DNA of 22,995 bases from Longivirga aurantiaca. GTDB taxonomy: Bacteria > Actinomycetota > Actinomycetes > S36-B12 > CAIYMF01. The stretch spans positions 1 through 22,995 of the forward strand of contig NZ_JBHSTI010000029.1 of NCBI RefSeq assembly GCF_042660085.1. Direction: 5' to 3'. Within the stretch, counting starts at the first letter, position 1. Every line of letters starts with the position of its first letter. The notes under the pieces were generated by a model that searched no databases, was not told the DNA's origin, and was given only the letters and a program-made list of their open reading frames with translations. The translations under genes were made by a program, and so were the position numbers. This document shows, piece after piece, positions 8,882-17,700 of the stretch.

Positions 8882-9846
8882 CCAGCGCCGACGACACCGC
8901 CGCCCGCGGTCAGCGACGCCGCGACCAGCTCACAGACATCCACGAGCGGCTCACCGCCGCAGTCGCCGACCTCGCCAGCAGCGACGCCTGGCAGCACATG
9001 CTCCGCATCGCAGCACACATGCCCTCGTACAGCCTCAACAACATCCTCCTGGTCGCCGTCCAGCGACCCGACGCCACCGCCGTCGCCGGGTACCGAGCCT
9101 GGCGCACCGCCGGACGCCAGGTCCGCAAGGGAGAGAAGGGCATCGCGATCCTCGCCCCCTGCCTCTACAAGCCCGACCAAGCGCAGGCCGAGCCCGTCGA
9201 CCGGACCACGGCGGAGGTCGAGCCAGGTGCAGGTGCGCCGCAGGTGCTGCGCGGGTTCCGGGTCGTCCACGTCTTCGACCTCAGCCAGACCGACGGCCCC
9301 GACCTCCCCGACGACCCGCACCTGCTCACCGGACCAGCACCCGACGACCTGTGGGAGCGTCTCGCCCAACTCGTGCACGACGACGGGTTCACCCTCGAAC
9401 GCGGCGACTGCCACAGCGCCAACGGTTACACCGACTACCGCAACCGGATCCTCCGCGTCCGCGACGACGTAGAGGCCGCCCAAGCGGTCAAGACGCTCGC
9501 CCACGAACTCGGGCACATCCGCGCCGACCACGAGAACCGCTTCGCCGACCAGTACCGCACCTCGCCCCGCTGCCGAGGACAGGCCGAGATCGAAGCCGAA
9601 TCCATCGCCCACCTCGTCACCAACTCAGCCGGCCTCGACACCCGCGCCTACTCCGTCCCCTACCTCACGGGATGGTCCGGCAACGATCCGACCGCGCTGA
9701 GGGCCGCCGCTGCGCGGGTGCTCGACGTGGCCGCACGCATCAGCGAGCAGCTCGACGGTCAGGGACCTGCAGCACAGGTCGTCGCATTCGCGGCGGCGGA
9801 GAGACGCCCCGCTGCCCAGCGCCCGCTGCGCGCCATCGCGCCTTGA
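8878..9846 (+). CDS. ArdC-like antirestriction protein (ssDNA-binding domain plus zinc metallopeptidase-like domain)
   Basis: ATG at 8878 overlaps the previous TGA. The N-terminal region SDAWQHMLRIAAHMPSYSLNNILLVAVQRPDATAVAGYRAWRTAGRQVRKGEKGIAILAP is ArdC-N-like. The metalloprotease motif is KTLAHELGHIRADH (HExxH), with a downstream IEAESIAHLV glutamate. Confidence 0.85.
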   Translation: MTSADDTAARGQRRRDQLTDIHERLTAAVADLASSDAWQHMLRIAAHMPSYSLNNILLVAVQRPDATAVAGYRAWRTAGRQVRKGEKGIAILAPCLYKPDQAQAEPVDRTTAEVEPGAGAPQVLRGFRVVHVFDLSQTDGPDLPDDPHLLTGPAPDDLWERLAQLVHDDGFTLERGDCHSANGYTDYRNRILRVRDDVEAAQAVKTLAHELGHIRADHENRFADQYRTSPRCRGQAEIEAESIAHLVTNSAGLDTRAYSVPYLTGWSGNDPTALRAAAARVLDVAARISEQLDGQGPAAQVVAFAAAERRPAAQRPLRAIAP

Positions 9847-9917
9847 CCCGGCACGGGTGCAAGCCCCTGCCGTGACGCACTCCCGGGAGCTGTCCGACCC
9901 GACCGGCATGCTGAGCT

Positions 9918-10187
9918 ATGCCGCACAGGACCGTCCTCGTCGAACCCGCGACGCCTCGAAGCCTCGCCCTCGTCTCGGACGCCCTGCGTGCCGAGGGGCT
10001 CGAGGTCAGCGGGTCCGGATACTCCGAGGAACGGCGGGATCTCACGACCGCGGTGGAACTCGTCGGCGCCTACCGGATGGCCAAAGCGACCGACAAGGTT
10101 GTGGACCGCGGGCTCGACGAGGCGATCGACCGTGTAGCTGCCGCGGTGAAGGCCGCGTGGTCGATCACCGTGCGACGCAGGGACTGA
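9918..10187 (+). CDS. Hypothetical small protein (89 aa)
   Basis: ATG at 9918 gives MPHRTVLVEPATPRSLALVSDALRAEGLEVSGSGYSEERRDLTTAVELVGAYRMAKATDKVVDRGLDEAIDRVAAAVKAAWSITVRRRD. The composition is protein-like, unlike the arginine/proline-rich overlapping frame 9857-10231. Confidence 0.45.
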   Translation: MPHRTVLVEPATPRSLALVSDALRAEGLEVSGSGYSEERRDLTTAVELVGAYRMAKATDKVVDRGLDEAIDRVAAAVKAAWSITVRRRD

Positions 10188-10396
10188 CGCTCCCAGCGCT
10201 GTCGTTCTTCCCGATCCGGCTGGGCGCCTGACCCCGTCCATTCGGTCTTGCTGGCCTTGCGGCTGGTCGATCGGCGCTCCGATTGCTGCCGGGGCCCACC
10301 GCGGATGGCGGAGTGCGTCGTGATGTACGCCAGCGTGCCGACGTCGAACCGTGCCATGCTCCACGCCATCAACCACGGGCGCGAGGATGGACATCG

Positions 10397-10612
10397 ATGA
10401 CGTACGAGCCGAACGAGGTGCGTGCGTGGGCGCACGAGGCGGGCGAGCCGGTCGCTGAGCGGGGTCGCCTGTCGTACCAGGTCGTGACCGCCTACTTGAA
10501 GGCGAATCCGCAGGTCGCGCGCGAGCTCGCGTCCGAGCACGACGTCCCCGTCCCGAGCCGTGGCGCGGTGAGTCTCGCGGCGTGCGAGGAGATCGCGTTG
10601 CTGGTGCGCTGA
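10397..10612 (+). CDS. Small Lsr2 C-terminal-domain-like DNA-binding protein
   Basis: ATG at 10397 gives MTYEPNEVRAWAHEAGEPVAERGRLSYQVVTAYLKANPQVARELASEHDVPVPSRGAVSLAACEEIALLVR. The 'VRAWAxExGxxVxxRGRLxxxVVxAYL' pattern matches the Lsr2 C-terminal DNA-binding fold. Confidence 0.6.
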   Translation: MTYEPNEVRAWAHEAGEPVAERGRLSYQVVTAYLKANPQVARELASEHDVPVPSRGAVSLAACEEIALLVR

Positions 10613-10646
10613 CCTGGGGTACGGAGAAGAGTACATAGCCCCTGGT

Positions 10647-10665
10647 CAGCCTGGTGTTCAGGCTG
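10647..10665. terminator. Possible short hairpin downstream of the Lsr2-like ORF
   Basis: CAGCCTG (10647-10653), loop GTGTT, CAGGCTG (10659-10665). The 7-bp perfect stem starts about 35 nt after the stop at 10612. No U-tract follows. Confidence 0.3.
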
Positions 10666-10823
10666 GGATAAGAACGCGGAATGCATGAATCGGTAACGCC
10701 ACCCGACCCCCCCCGCCCAGCCTGGCGCCAAGTACCGAGGGGGACAACGTGAGCGATTCGTCCGATTAGCCTGTTCTCAGTCCTGATGGCAAGCACCAGT
10801 GGGTTGGCGACCGATGGGTTGAG

Positions 10824-11012
10824 GTGCCCACGGGCCAAACGCGAAACCCTCGTAGTCGGATCCGGGCACTCCTCGGCGTGGCACTTCTCGCCTTAGTCCT
10901 CGTCGGCGTGGGCCTTGCCTATCTGAATGGACACCAGGGCCTGAAGCAGAGCGACGACGAGGCCCACCGCTTCTTTTGTGAGAAGTTCCCCGAGGACACT
11001 CCCGACTGCTAG
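10824..11012 (+). CDS. Hypothetical small single-pass membrane protein (62 aa)
   Basis: GTG at 10824 gives MPTGQTRNPRSRIRALLGVALLALVLVGVGLAYLNGHQGLKQSDDEAHRFFCEKFPEDTPDC, with a basic N-terminus, one TM helix and a Cys-containing tail. Confidence 0.4.
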   Translation: MPTGQTRNPRSRIRALLGVALLALVLVGVGLAYLNGHQGLKQSDDEAHRFFCEKFPEDTPDC

Positions 11013-11056
11013 CCGGTTACCGCTGCCGAGAGGCTCGACCCGCTGGTTCGACACGG

Positions 11057-13939
11057 CTAAAGCGGCGGTGCCATCAACTTGAAGTCGGACGTGTAAGCGC
11101 CTTCGAAGTCTGCCCCGCCGGGACGGCGCGCCACCCCTGGCTGCGAGGCCGCCGCGAGGTTGAGCGCAAGGAGTTGGGCCAACAGATCGTCACCACGGCT
11201 GAACCCGTACGCGTCTAGCACCGCCTCGTCGAGTTGGTCATGGAGGTCACGGAGAGCGGAACGCCCGGGAAGTCGCAGTGAGTCGTATTGCTCCCCGAGC
11301 GTTGAGCCCCGTGCGACGTACTCCTCGCGCAAGCTCAGCAGGTCGCTGACGATCGAGGCCACCCGTGCGACCTGCTCAGTGCCGGGGTTGGCTGGCCATG
11401 GGAACGTGTCCCAGACAGTCGTTGGTGTGTATCGCGGACGCGTTTCCAACCGCGAGCAGCGCTCGTCGAACCACGTGCGATGCAGGCTTGAAGACAGGAC
11501 CCCGAACGAGTAGTCGTCGTCGAATGCGAACACCTGCAGGGATGCATCCGGACGGATGCTGGAATCCACGAACTGATAGATGGATTTGCGGCCATCTGCT
11601 GCGACGATGGTGAGCGCGATGTACCGGGACAGGCCGGAGATGGCCTTCAGCATGTCGTCACGGCGATAGGCATGACGCCACCACGTGGACAGGAAGTTGG
11701 CGTGGTGCTTGTTTGTCTTCGATCGCGGATTCGCAGCGAGGACTTCTGCGTTCCGCGCCTCTTCCTTCGCGGCCGACTCCTCCCGCCCCGGGAGCACAGT
11801 TCGTGCGAGATGCGCCAACGCCCCGGGCGCTTTCGCTCGCGCCTCAGTCGCGTCTGTAAACGGAACATCAATGACGAAGTCGGTCGGACCGAGGGTGTGG
11901 ATCATCGGATCGCCGCTGATCATGGGGTGAATCACGGATCTTGAGAGTCCATCGGATCGAACAATGGCGAGCGCCTCTGCTCGAGTAAGCCGGAAGCCGG
12001 CCACGTTGCCGGTGGTCTGCCCCTGGAAGCACACCTTGGGACGCTGGTTGCTGCCCAAGGGCAGCGCAGTGGCTACATCGGTCGTCGGCTTGAGTGACGC
12101 CGGAATCTCTGCAACCGGGAGCCGCAACTCGCCCTCGTCCAGCCAAAGCACCCGCTCCTTGGGAGCGTACTGCTCGCCCTTCACCCAGTTCACGATTGAA
12201 ACGGTCACCGCCGCGTCCCCCGACCAGGGCTGCGAGGAGACCGCGTCAAAGATCACTCCTCCGTGGTCCACAACATAGTCAAGGGAAGCCTTCCTCGAAC
12301 TCGCGTCCCGGATCGCCTGTGTCGCGACCAGCCCAGCTCGTCCCCCCGATGGCAGAGCGTCGTGTGCCAAGGGGAACCAGTAGCAGACGAAATCCGAGAC
12401 TCCCCCGATACCGGGGTGCTCCTGGGCAAGCTTGGACGTGTACGGCGCACCAAGCTCTTCGACCATCTTGCGCCGACCCAAGTACGGAGGGTTTCCAACG
12501 ATCACATTTGCCTTAGGCCACGGCTCGAACAGGGCGTCCGCGTATCGAATCGTGTCGTCCAAGTTGTCCAGTGGCAACACCGGCTGATCGTCATCCAGTT
12601 CGTCGGCCGACAGCTTCTTGGCCAGCATCATCGTGACCTTTGCGACCTCGACGGCAAACCGGTTGTTGTCCAGCCCAAGGAAGTGATCCGGCGTCACGTA
12701 GGAGAGCGCAGCCTGACTCGCGATCTCGGCAGACTTCCTCCGTTCGTCGATGCGCAGCTTCGCTTCGGCCTCGAGCCGACGCATTTCTCGGTACGCCACA
12801 TACAGGAAGTTCCCTGACCCACAGGCGGGATCCAGGACTCGAAACGCCGCCATGTCGAGCAGCAGTTGCTCGTACTGCCCAATCGTCGACGCCGCTGAGA
12901 TCAGCTCGGTCCAAGGCTTGACGATCGTTGGAAGCACCACCTTCGCGATGTCCGCTTGAGAGGTGAAGTGGGCGCCATACGCGTGACGCTCGCCCTTATC
13001 CATCGAGGTCTCGAACAGCGTCCCGAAGATCTCCGGTCGAACCGCAGACCAGTTGGTCTGGGCAGCGCCGCGTAGCTCCCCGAGCTCGCCATTCGTGAGC
13101 TCTACCGGTTCGATGCTGCGGAACAGGCCACCGTTGAAGTAGGGGGTGCCGGCGTACCGCCCGCCGGCGGTCCGACCCGGTGCATTCATCTCCCGGAAGA
13201 GTCCACCGAGCAGGTCGTAGGCGTCCGCCCCTGTTCGTGCGTCGTCCAGCCCACGGGTGAAGTACTTGTCCGGTAGCAGGCCGATGTCCTCGCTGAACAT
13301 CGCCACCACCGACTGAAGGACGAACCGCTGCGCGACGACTCGGTCGATACCTCGGTCATAGAGAGAGCGGAACACTCCCGAAACCTGTGCGGCCGCCGAC
13401 CGTGTCACTGCAACAAGATCGTTCCCGAAGAGTGGCGCTTGCTCAATCGGCAACATGAACGCCAGCGCCGCATAGCGCTCAGGCAGGTCCGCCAGCTTCA
13501 CGACGTCGACTGGCGCGTCGAGTTGCTGATCAAAGTCATAGATCCACAGCTCATCGAAATTGCACAGAATCACGTAGCGGGGTCGATCCGGCACCGCCTC
13601 GATCCAGTACTGAAACGCTTGCCGGTAGTGGCGTGTGAGGTCCGTTCCTGACTTCTTCATCTCGATTAGGCAGCGCGGCTTCCACATCAGATCGGCATAC
13701 GACACCCCCTTGAAGTCCAATCGGTGGATGCGCGCCTCGAGAGTCGCCCCAGCTTCGCGGACCCCGCCGTGGCCAAAAGCCTGAAATAGCCGCTCGAGGT
13801 AGATCGCAGCCTCGCCCTTCTCGTCCCCCTTGAGGTGCTCCTTGCGCCAGGCGACGAAACTGGCAAGGGACTCGCGAATCGGGCGAGGATCCATACCGGG
13901 TGTCTCCGATGGAATCGGTCGTGAAGGTCGGTGGGTCAA
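11057..13939 (-). CDS. MmeI-like (type IIL/IIG) single-polypeptide restriction endonuclease/N6-adenine DNA methyltransferase; TTG start at 13939, alternative ATG start at 13894
   Basis: PD-(D/E)XK-like element YADLMWKPRCLIEMKKSG; SAM-binding motif I FRVLDPACGSGNFLYVAYREM; catalytic motif IV NVIVGNPPYLGRRK; 960 aa total with a C-terminal region that could be a target recognition domain. Confidence 0.85.
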   Translation of the reverse strand: MTHRPSRPIPSETPGMDPRPIRESLASFVAWRKEHLKGDEKGEAAIYLERLFQAFGHGGVREAGATLEARIHRLDFKGVSYADLMWKPRCLIEMKKSGTDLTRHYRQAFQYWIEAVPDRPRYVILCNFDELWIYDFDQQLDAPVDVVKLADLPERYAALAFMLPIEQAPLFGNDLVAVTRSAAAQVSGVFRSLYDRGIDRVVAQRFVLQSVVAMFSEDIGLLPDKYFTRGLDDARTGADAYDLLGGLFREMNAPGRTAGGRYAGTPYFNGGLFRSIEPVELTNGELGELRGAAQTNWSAVRPEIFGTLFETSMDKGERHAYGAHFTSQADIAKVVLPTIVKPWTELISAASTIGQYEQLLLDMAAFRVLDPACGSGNFLYVAYREMRRLEAEAKLRIDERRKSAEIASQAALSYVTPDHFLGLDNNRFAVEVAKVTMMLAKKLSADELDDDQPVLPLDNLDDTIRYADALFEPWPKANVIVGNPPYLGRRKMVEELGAPYTSKLAQEHPGIGGVSDFVCYWFPLAHDALPSGGRAGLVATQAIRDASSRKASLDYVVDHGGVIFDAVSSQPWSGDAAVTVSIVNWVKGEQYAPKERVLWLDEGELRLPVAEIPASLKPTTDVATALPLGSNQRPKVCFQGQTTGNVAGFRLTRAEALAIVRSDGLSRSVIHPMISGDPMIHTLGPTDFVIDVPFTDATEARAKAPGALAHLARTVLPGREESAAKEEARNAEVLAANPRSKTNKHHANFLSTWWRHAYRRDDMLKAISGLSRYIALTIVAADGRKSIYQFVDSSIRPDASLQVFAFDDDYSFGVLSSSLHRTWFDERCSRLETRPRYTPTTVWDTFPWPANPGTEQVARVASIVSDLLSLREEYVARGSTLGEQYDSLRLPGRSALRDLHDQLDEAVLDAYGFSRGDDLLAQLLALNLAAASQPGVARRPGGADFEGAYTSDFKLMAPPL

Positions 13940-14411
13940 GCCAGTGCGCCGATCGGCTCTAACATCCCGAGCCTACCGAGTGACCTCGAGCCAGCAGGGC
14001 GATCCCGGGGTCGGCGAGTCGGGACGGATGTCCATTCTGATCGGCGGCGCAAATCGACACGTGTCCAGATTCCTCATACGTAGCAAGGGAATCCGGGTTT
14101 GTGTTTCACGCCACGACGAGTAGTCTCCTCAGTAGATAGATCGTTGCGGAGGCCCACTGAGGCAGCATGTCCGCGAGCCGCTTACCGGCTCGTGTGGATG
14201 GCGGCCGGAGGCTCTGGATGGGTGGACGGGGACGTCACCAGATCCACGCGGTCACCAGCTGCCTGGAGCCCTCCGTGACGGTCCGACGACTCGGGCGCGA
14301 ACAGAACATCAAGCGGTTCGACAAGCCGCCGGGACGGTTCGCCCTCGCCAGCGGCGTGAGCTCACCCGGCGCGATCAGCCCGACCAAGCGCCGCATACGG
14401 CGGGCCGCACC

Positions 14412-14789
14412 TCATAGGTGCTCACGGTGGTTGTCAGGCCGGCAGCCCGTGCGAGCGACCCAGTCCAAGAGTCGTTGCCGACCGGCGTCGAAGGCGTCGT
14501 GCCAGCGCAAGGGGGCGCTGCCGTCGGCGTCGGGCGCGTAGGAGTGCTGCCAGGCGGTGTGGAGCGCGGAGAGCTCCTCGATGAGCTCGCCGTGCAGGGC
14601 CCAGCAATCGGGCAGGTGGCGGTGGTCGAGGTGATAGCGGCCGCGCAGCCAGTCGATCCAGTCCTCGAGCTCGGCGAGGGCGTCGTCGGTCTCATCGGCG
14701 CTCAGGGTCGGCCAGGCAAGGGCGAAGGCGGCGAACGGGTCCACCCGCCGGTTCGTCGTGCCCGAACGGTAGGGCTGGTTGGAGGTCAT
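14412..14789 (-). CDS. Small conjugation-associated hypothetical protein (possibly DUF4913-like)
   Basis: LEDWIDWLRGRYHLDHRHLPDCWALHGELIEELSALHTAWQHSY...WHDAFDAGRQRLLDWVARTGC. The ATG at 14789 overlaps the TGA of the relaxase gene (ATGA), implying translational coupling. Confidence 0.6.
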   Translation of the reverse strand: MTSNQPYRSGTTNRRVDPFAAFALAWPTLSADETDDALAELEDWIDWLRGRYHLDHRHLPDCWALHGELIEELSALHTAWQHSYAPDADGSAPLRWHDAFDAGRQRLLDWVARTGCRPDNHREHL

Positions 14790-17700
14790 CGCTGTGGTCC
14801 TCTCACGTAGCGGTTGGTGGAGCGGGGGGCGCTCGGCGGGTCGTCGTGCGCATCGGCGGCGGGGTAGGGCGGTCGGGTGTCGGCGAGGGTGGCACGCACG
14901 GCGTCGCGCTCTCGCTGGCTCGGTCCGCTCGTCAGCTCGCGCAGGCGCTCGGTGGCAGACCGTTCGCGGCCAGTGCTGGCAAGGATCGTGCGCAGCTGCT
15001 CCTGCGCGTCCGGGGCGTGGCGTCCGGGGTCAGGCAGGTGCTCGCATCCGTCGTCGAGCGGGTCGACGGGCACGTAGACGTGGTTCGAGTGCCGGCCACG
15101 GGTCAGCCCGACGTACAGCGACTCACGGGTCATGCCCTCGGTGGCCAGCAGATGGGTGTGGTCGACGGTGAGTCCTTGGGCCCGATGGATGGTGGTGGCG
15201 TAGCCGAGCTCGAGGTGGCGGCGCACGTAGTCGGCGGGCACGCGAACACGGTCCTGGCCGTTGCCTTGTGGGCCGGTGCCGGACTGAGCCGCGAGGTCGG
15301 CGCTGCCGTCGGCGTGAATGGTCGTGAGAGTCCAGCGGGTGCCGTTGCGGACATGGCCGCCCGCGGCGGTGGCCAGGCGGCGGTCGTTGCGGCGGGTCAC
15401 GACGAGGTCCCCGGTGCCGGCTTGCAGTCCATCGGCGAGGCGGACGGTGGTCGTATCGTCGACGAGACCGGCGGCGACCCGGTCGGAGCGGGCACGGAGG
15501 TTGAGAGCGGCGACCGTCGCGCCATCGGCTGCGAGCAGCAGCGCCGACGCGCCACCACGGCTGTCGCTCGCCCAGGCGGAGTAGGCAGCGTCGAGGACGT
15601 CCAGGGGCCCTCCCTCATGGATGCGCCCGTGACGGTCGTAGGTCGCAAGGGCACCGGGATGCCCCTCGCGCAGGGCCCGGTTGGCGTGGGCCTCCCACCG
15701 GTGGGTGAACCTCCACAGCGACCGCAGCCGGTGCGCGGCACCGGTGGTGGCGAGCAGGCCGAACGCGCCGCCTGCGTCGACTGCGCCGAGCTGGTGGTGG
15801 TCGCCGACGAGCAGCAGCTTGGCCCCCGCGGCAGCGGCTTGAGCGGCGAGGTCGTCCAGGGCCAGTGTGCCGGCCAGGGACGCCTCGTCGACGACGAGCA
15901 GCGTCCCGGGTCGCAGCCGCCACCGGTCCTGCTGCGCGTCGAGTCGGGCCAGCGCGGTGTCGACCCGCCGCACCGTGCGCGCGTCGCCCGCGCTGGTCGC
16001 GGCGGTGCGCCGTTCGAGCAGGCCCGCGTGCACGGCCGCGCGTTGCTGGGCGGCGGGGCCGGTGGATTCGTGCAGCCACTTCGCGGTGTTCTCGCACGGC
16101 ACGCCGAGGGCGTCGGCGAGCTCGTGCGCCGCAGCCGCCGATGGTGCCAGCCCGAGCACCGTGCCGGGGCCGTGCACGTTCTCCCATGCGGTCCGCAGGG
16201 CGCGCAGGGTGGTGGTCTTCCCGGTCCCCGCCGGACCGACCAGGACATCCAGGGCCCGCCGCGAGGTGGCGATGCCGATGACGGCGTCGACCTGGTCGCT
16301 GGCGAGGCGCACGTGGCGACCCCCGGGGTGACGGGGTGGCTGGACCGCGACCGCTGCGGTGCGGGCGACCGTCTCGTCCACGCCGGGGCCGAGCTGGTCG
16401 TCGGCGGCTGCCAGCAGGCGGGCCTCAGCGTCCAGGATGACCCGGTGGCTGAACCGATCCTCGTCCGGTCGGTCGAACACCGTGGTGCCGTCGGGGCGGC
16501 GCCACCCCTCCGGCACGGTCCACCGGTCCGGCGCGGTCAACGGCACGCACCCGGCCAGGGCGGTCGCGACGACGCGGTCGTGAAGGGCGATCCGCTCGGC
16601 CGCGTCCGGCAGCCGCAGACCGCGGGTCGCCCGCGCAGCCTCGGCGAGCAGGTTCCACCGGGTCCAGGTCGAGCGCCGCGCCAGCACCGCGTCCAGGGCT
16701 ACCGCGGCGAGGTACTCGACGAAGTCGTTGGTGACACTCGGACGGGCTGTGTGGGTAGGGCGTTGGTGCAGGCGGCTTCGGAGCGTCCCGCCGACTCGTG
16801 CCGGGCCGCGCCGGCGTCGGTTGCCGACGGTGGAGGTGTCGTCGCTGGTCAGGTTCGCGTGACGGAGTCCGTGACGAAGTGCCCCGGTGACTCCGTCAGT
16901 GTCGTGACGGACTCCGACGCGACGAGGACCCATGGCGGCGGTGAACGCCGGTGCTGTCGCGTGCTGGTTGCTCCACGCCGGGGCGAGGAGCGGATGCGGG
17001 GCGCGGCGCAGCAGGCGGCGGGCTCGCTCGCGCCACCATGCCATCAGCTCGGGCAGCGGTCGCATCGTCTTGGCCGGGCGGGTCGCTGTGGTCAACTGCT
17101 GGCGCAGCCGGGTCGTCTCGATCCGGTTCGGTCCGCGTCCGTGCTCGGCGTGGAAGGCGACCAGGGCGTCGGTCATCGCGGTGGCGATCGCCGCCGATCG
17201 GGTCGAGAACTCGGTGAGCAGGTCGTCGGGAACGGCATCGAGCTCGAACGCCGGGGTGCGCCGAGGTCCGCGGTCCCGCCACCCCCACGAGGACCCAACC
17301 CTGTGGCTGGTGAGCTGGTCGAGCGCGGTCGTGAGGTGGTCGGCGAGCAGGTTGTCGTAGAGCTCGGACACCGCGACCGCGGCGTGGTGCAGGGCCCGGG
17401 AGTCCAGCGACCGCCACACCCCGTCGCGGCCCTGGACCTTGTTCGCCACCACGACATGGGTGTGCAGGTTCGGGTCGCCAGTGCGGGTGTCCCAATGATC
17501 GAACAGCGCGGCGACCATCCCGCGGGTCGGGACCTGGGCGATCGAATTGTGCCCGATCCTGGTGAACACCGCCCGGTCCTCCATGAACGCGAGCGCGTCG
17601 CGGACCGCAGCCCGATGCGCGGCGACCACGAGGGCTTGAACGTCCGGGTCGGCCAACGCCCACAGCACGCTGGCCGACTTTGGTGCAGTGAACGTGAGAT

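Noticed and set aside
11057-13939. BREX/PglX-type methyltransferase as part of a multi-gene defence system
   Set aside because: A nuclease-like D-X9-EMK element is in the same chain, and no BrxC/PglY, PglZ or other BREX partner lies in the window. MmeI-like type IIL fits better.
14167-14541. 124-aa plus-strand ORF
   Set aside because: Its second half is antisense to the coupled gene 14412-14789, and it shows no known domain.
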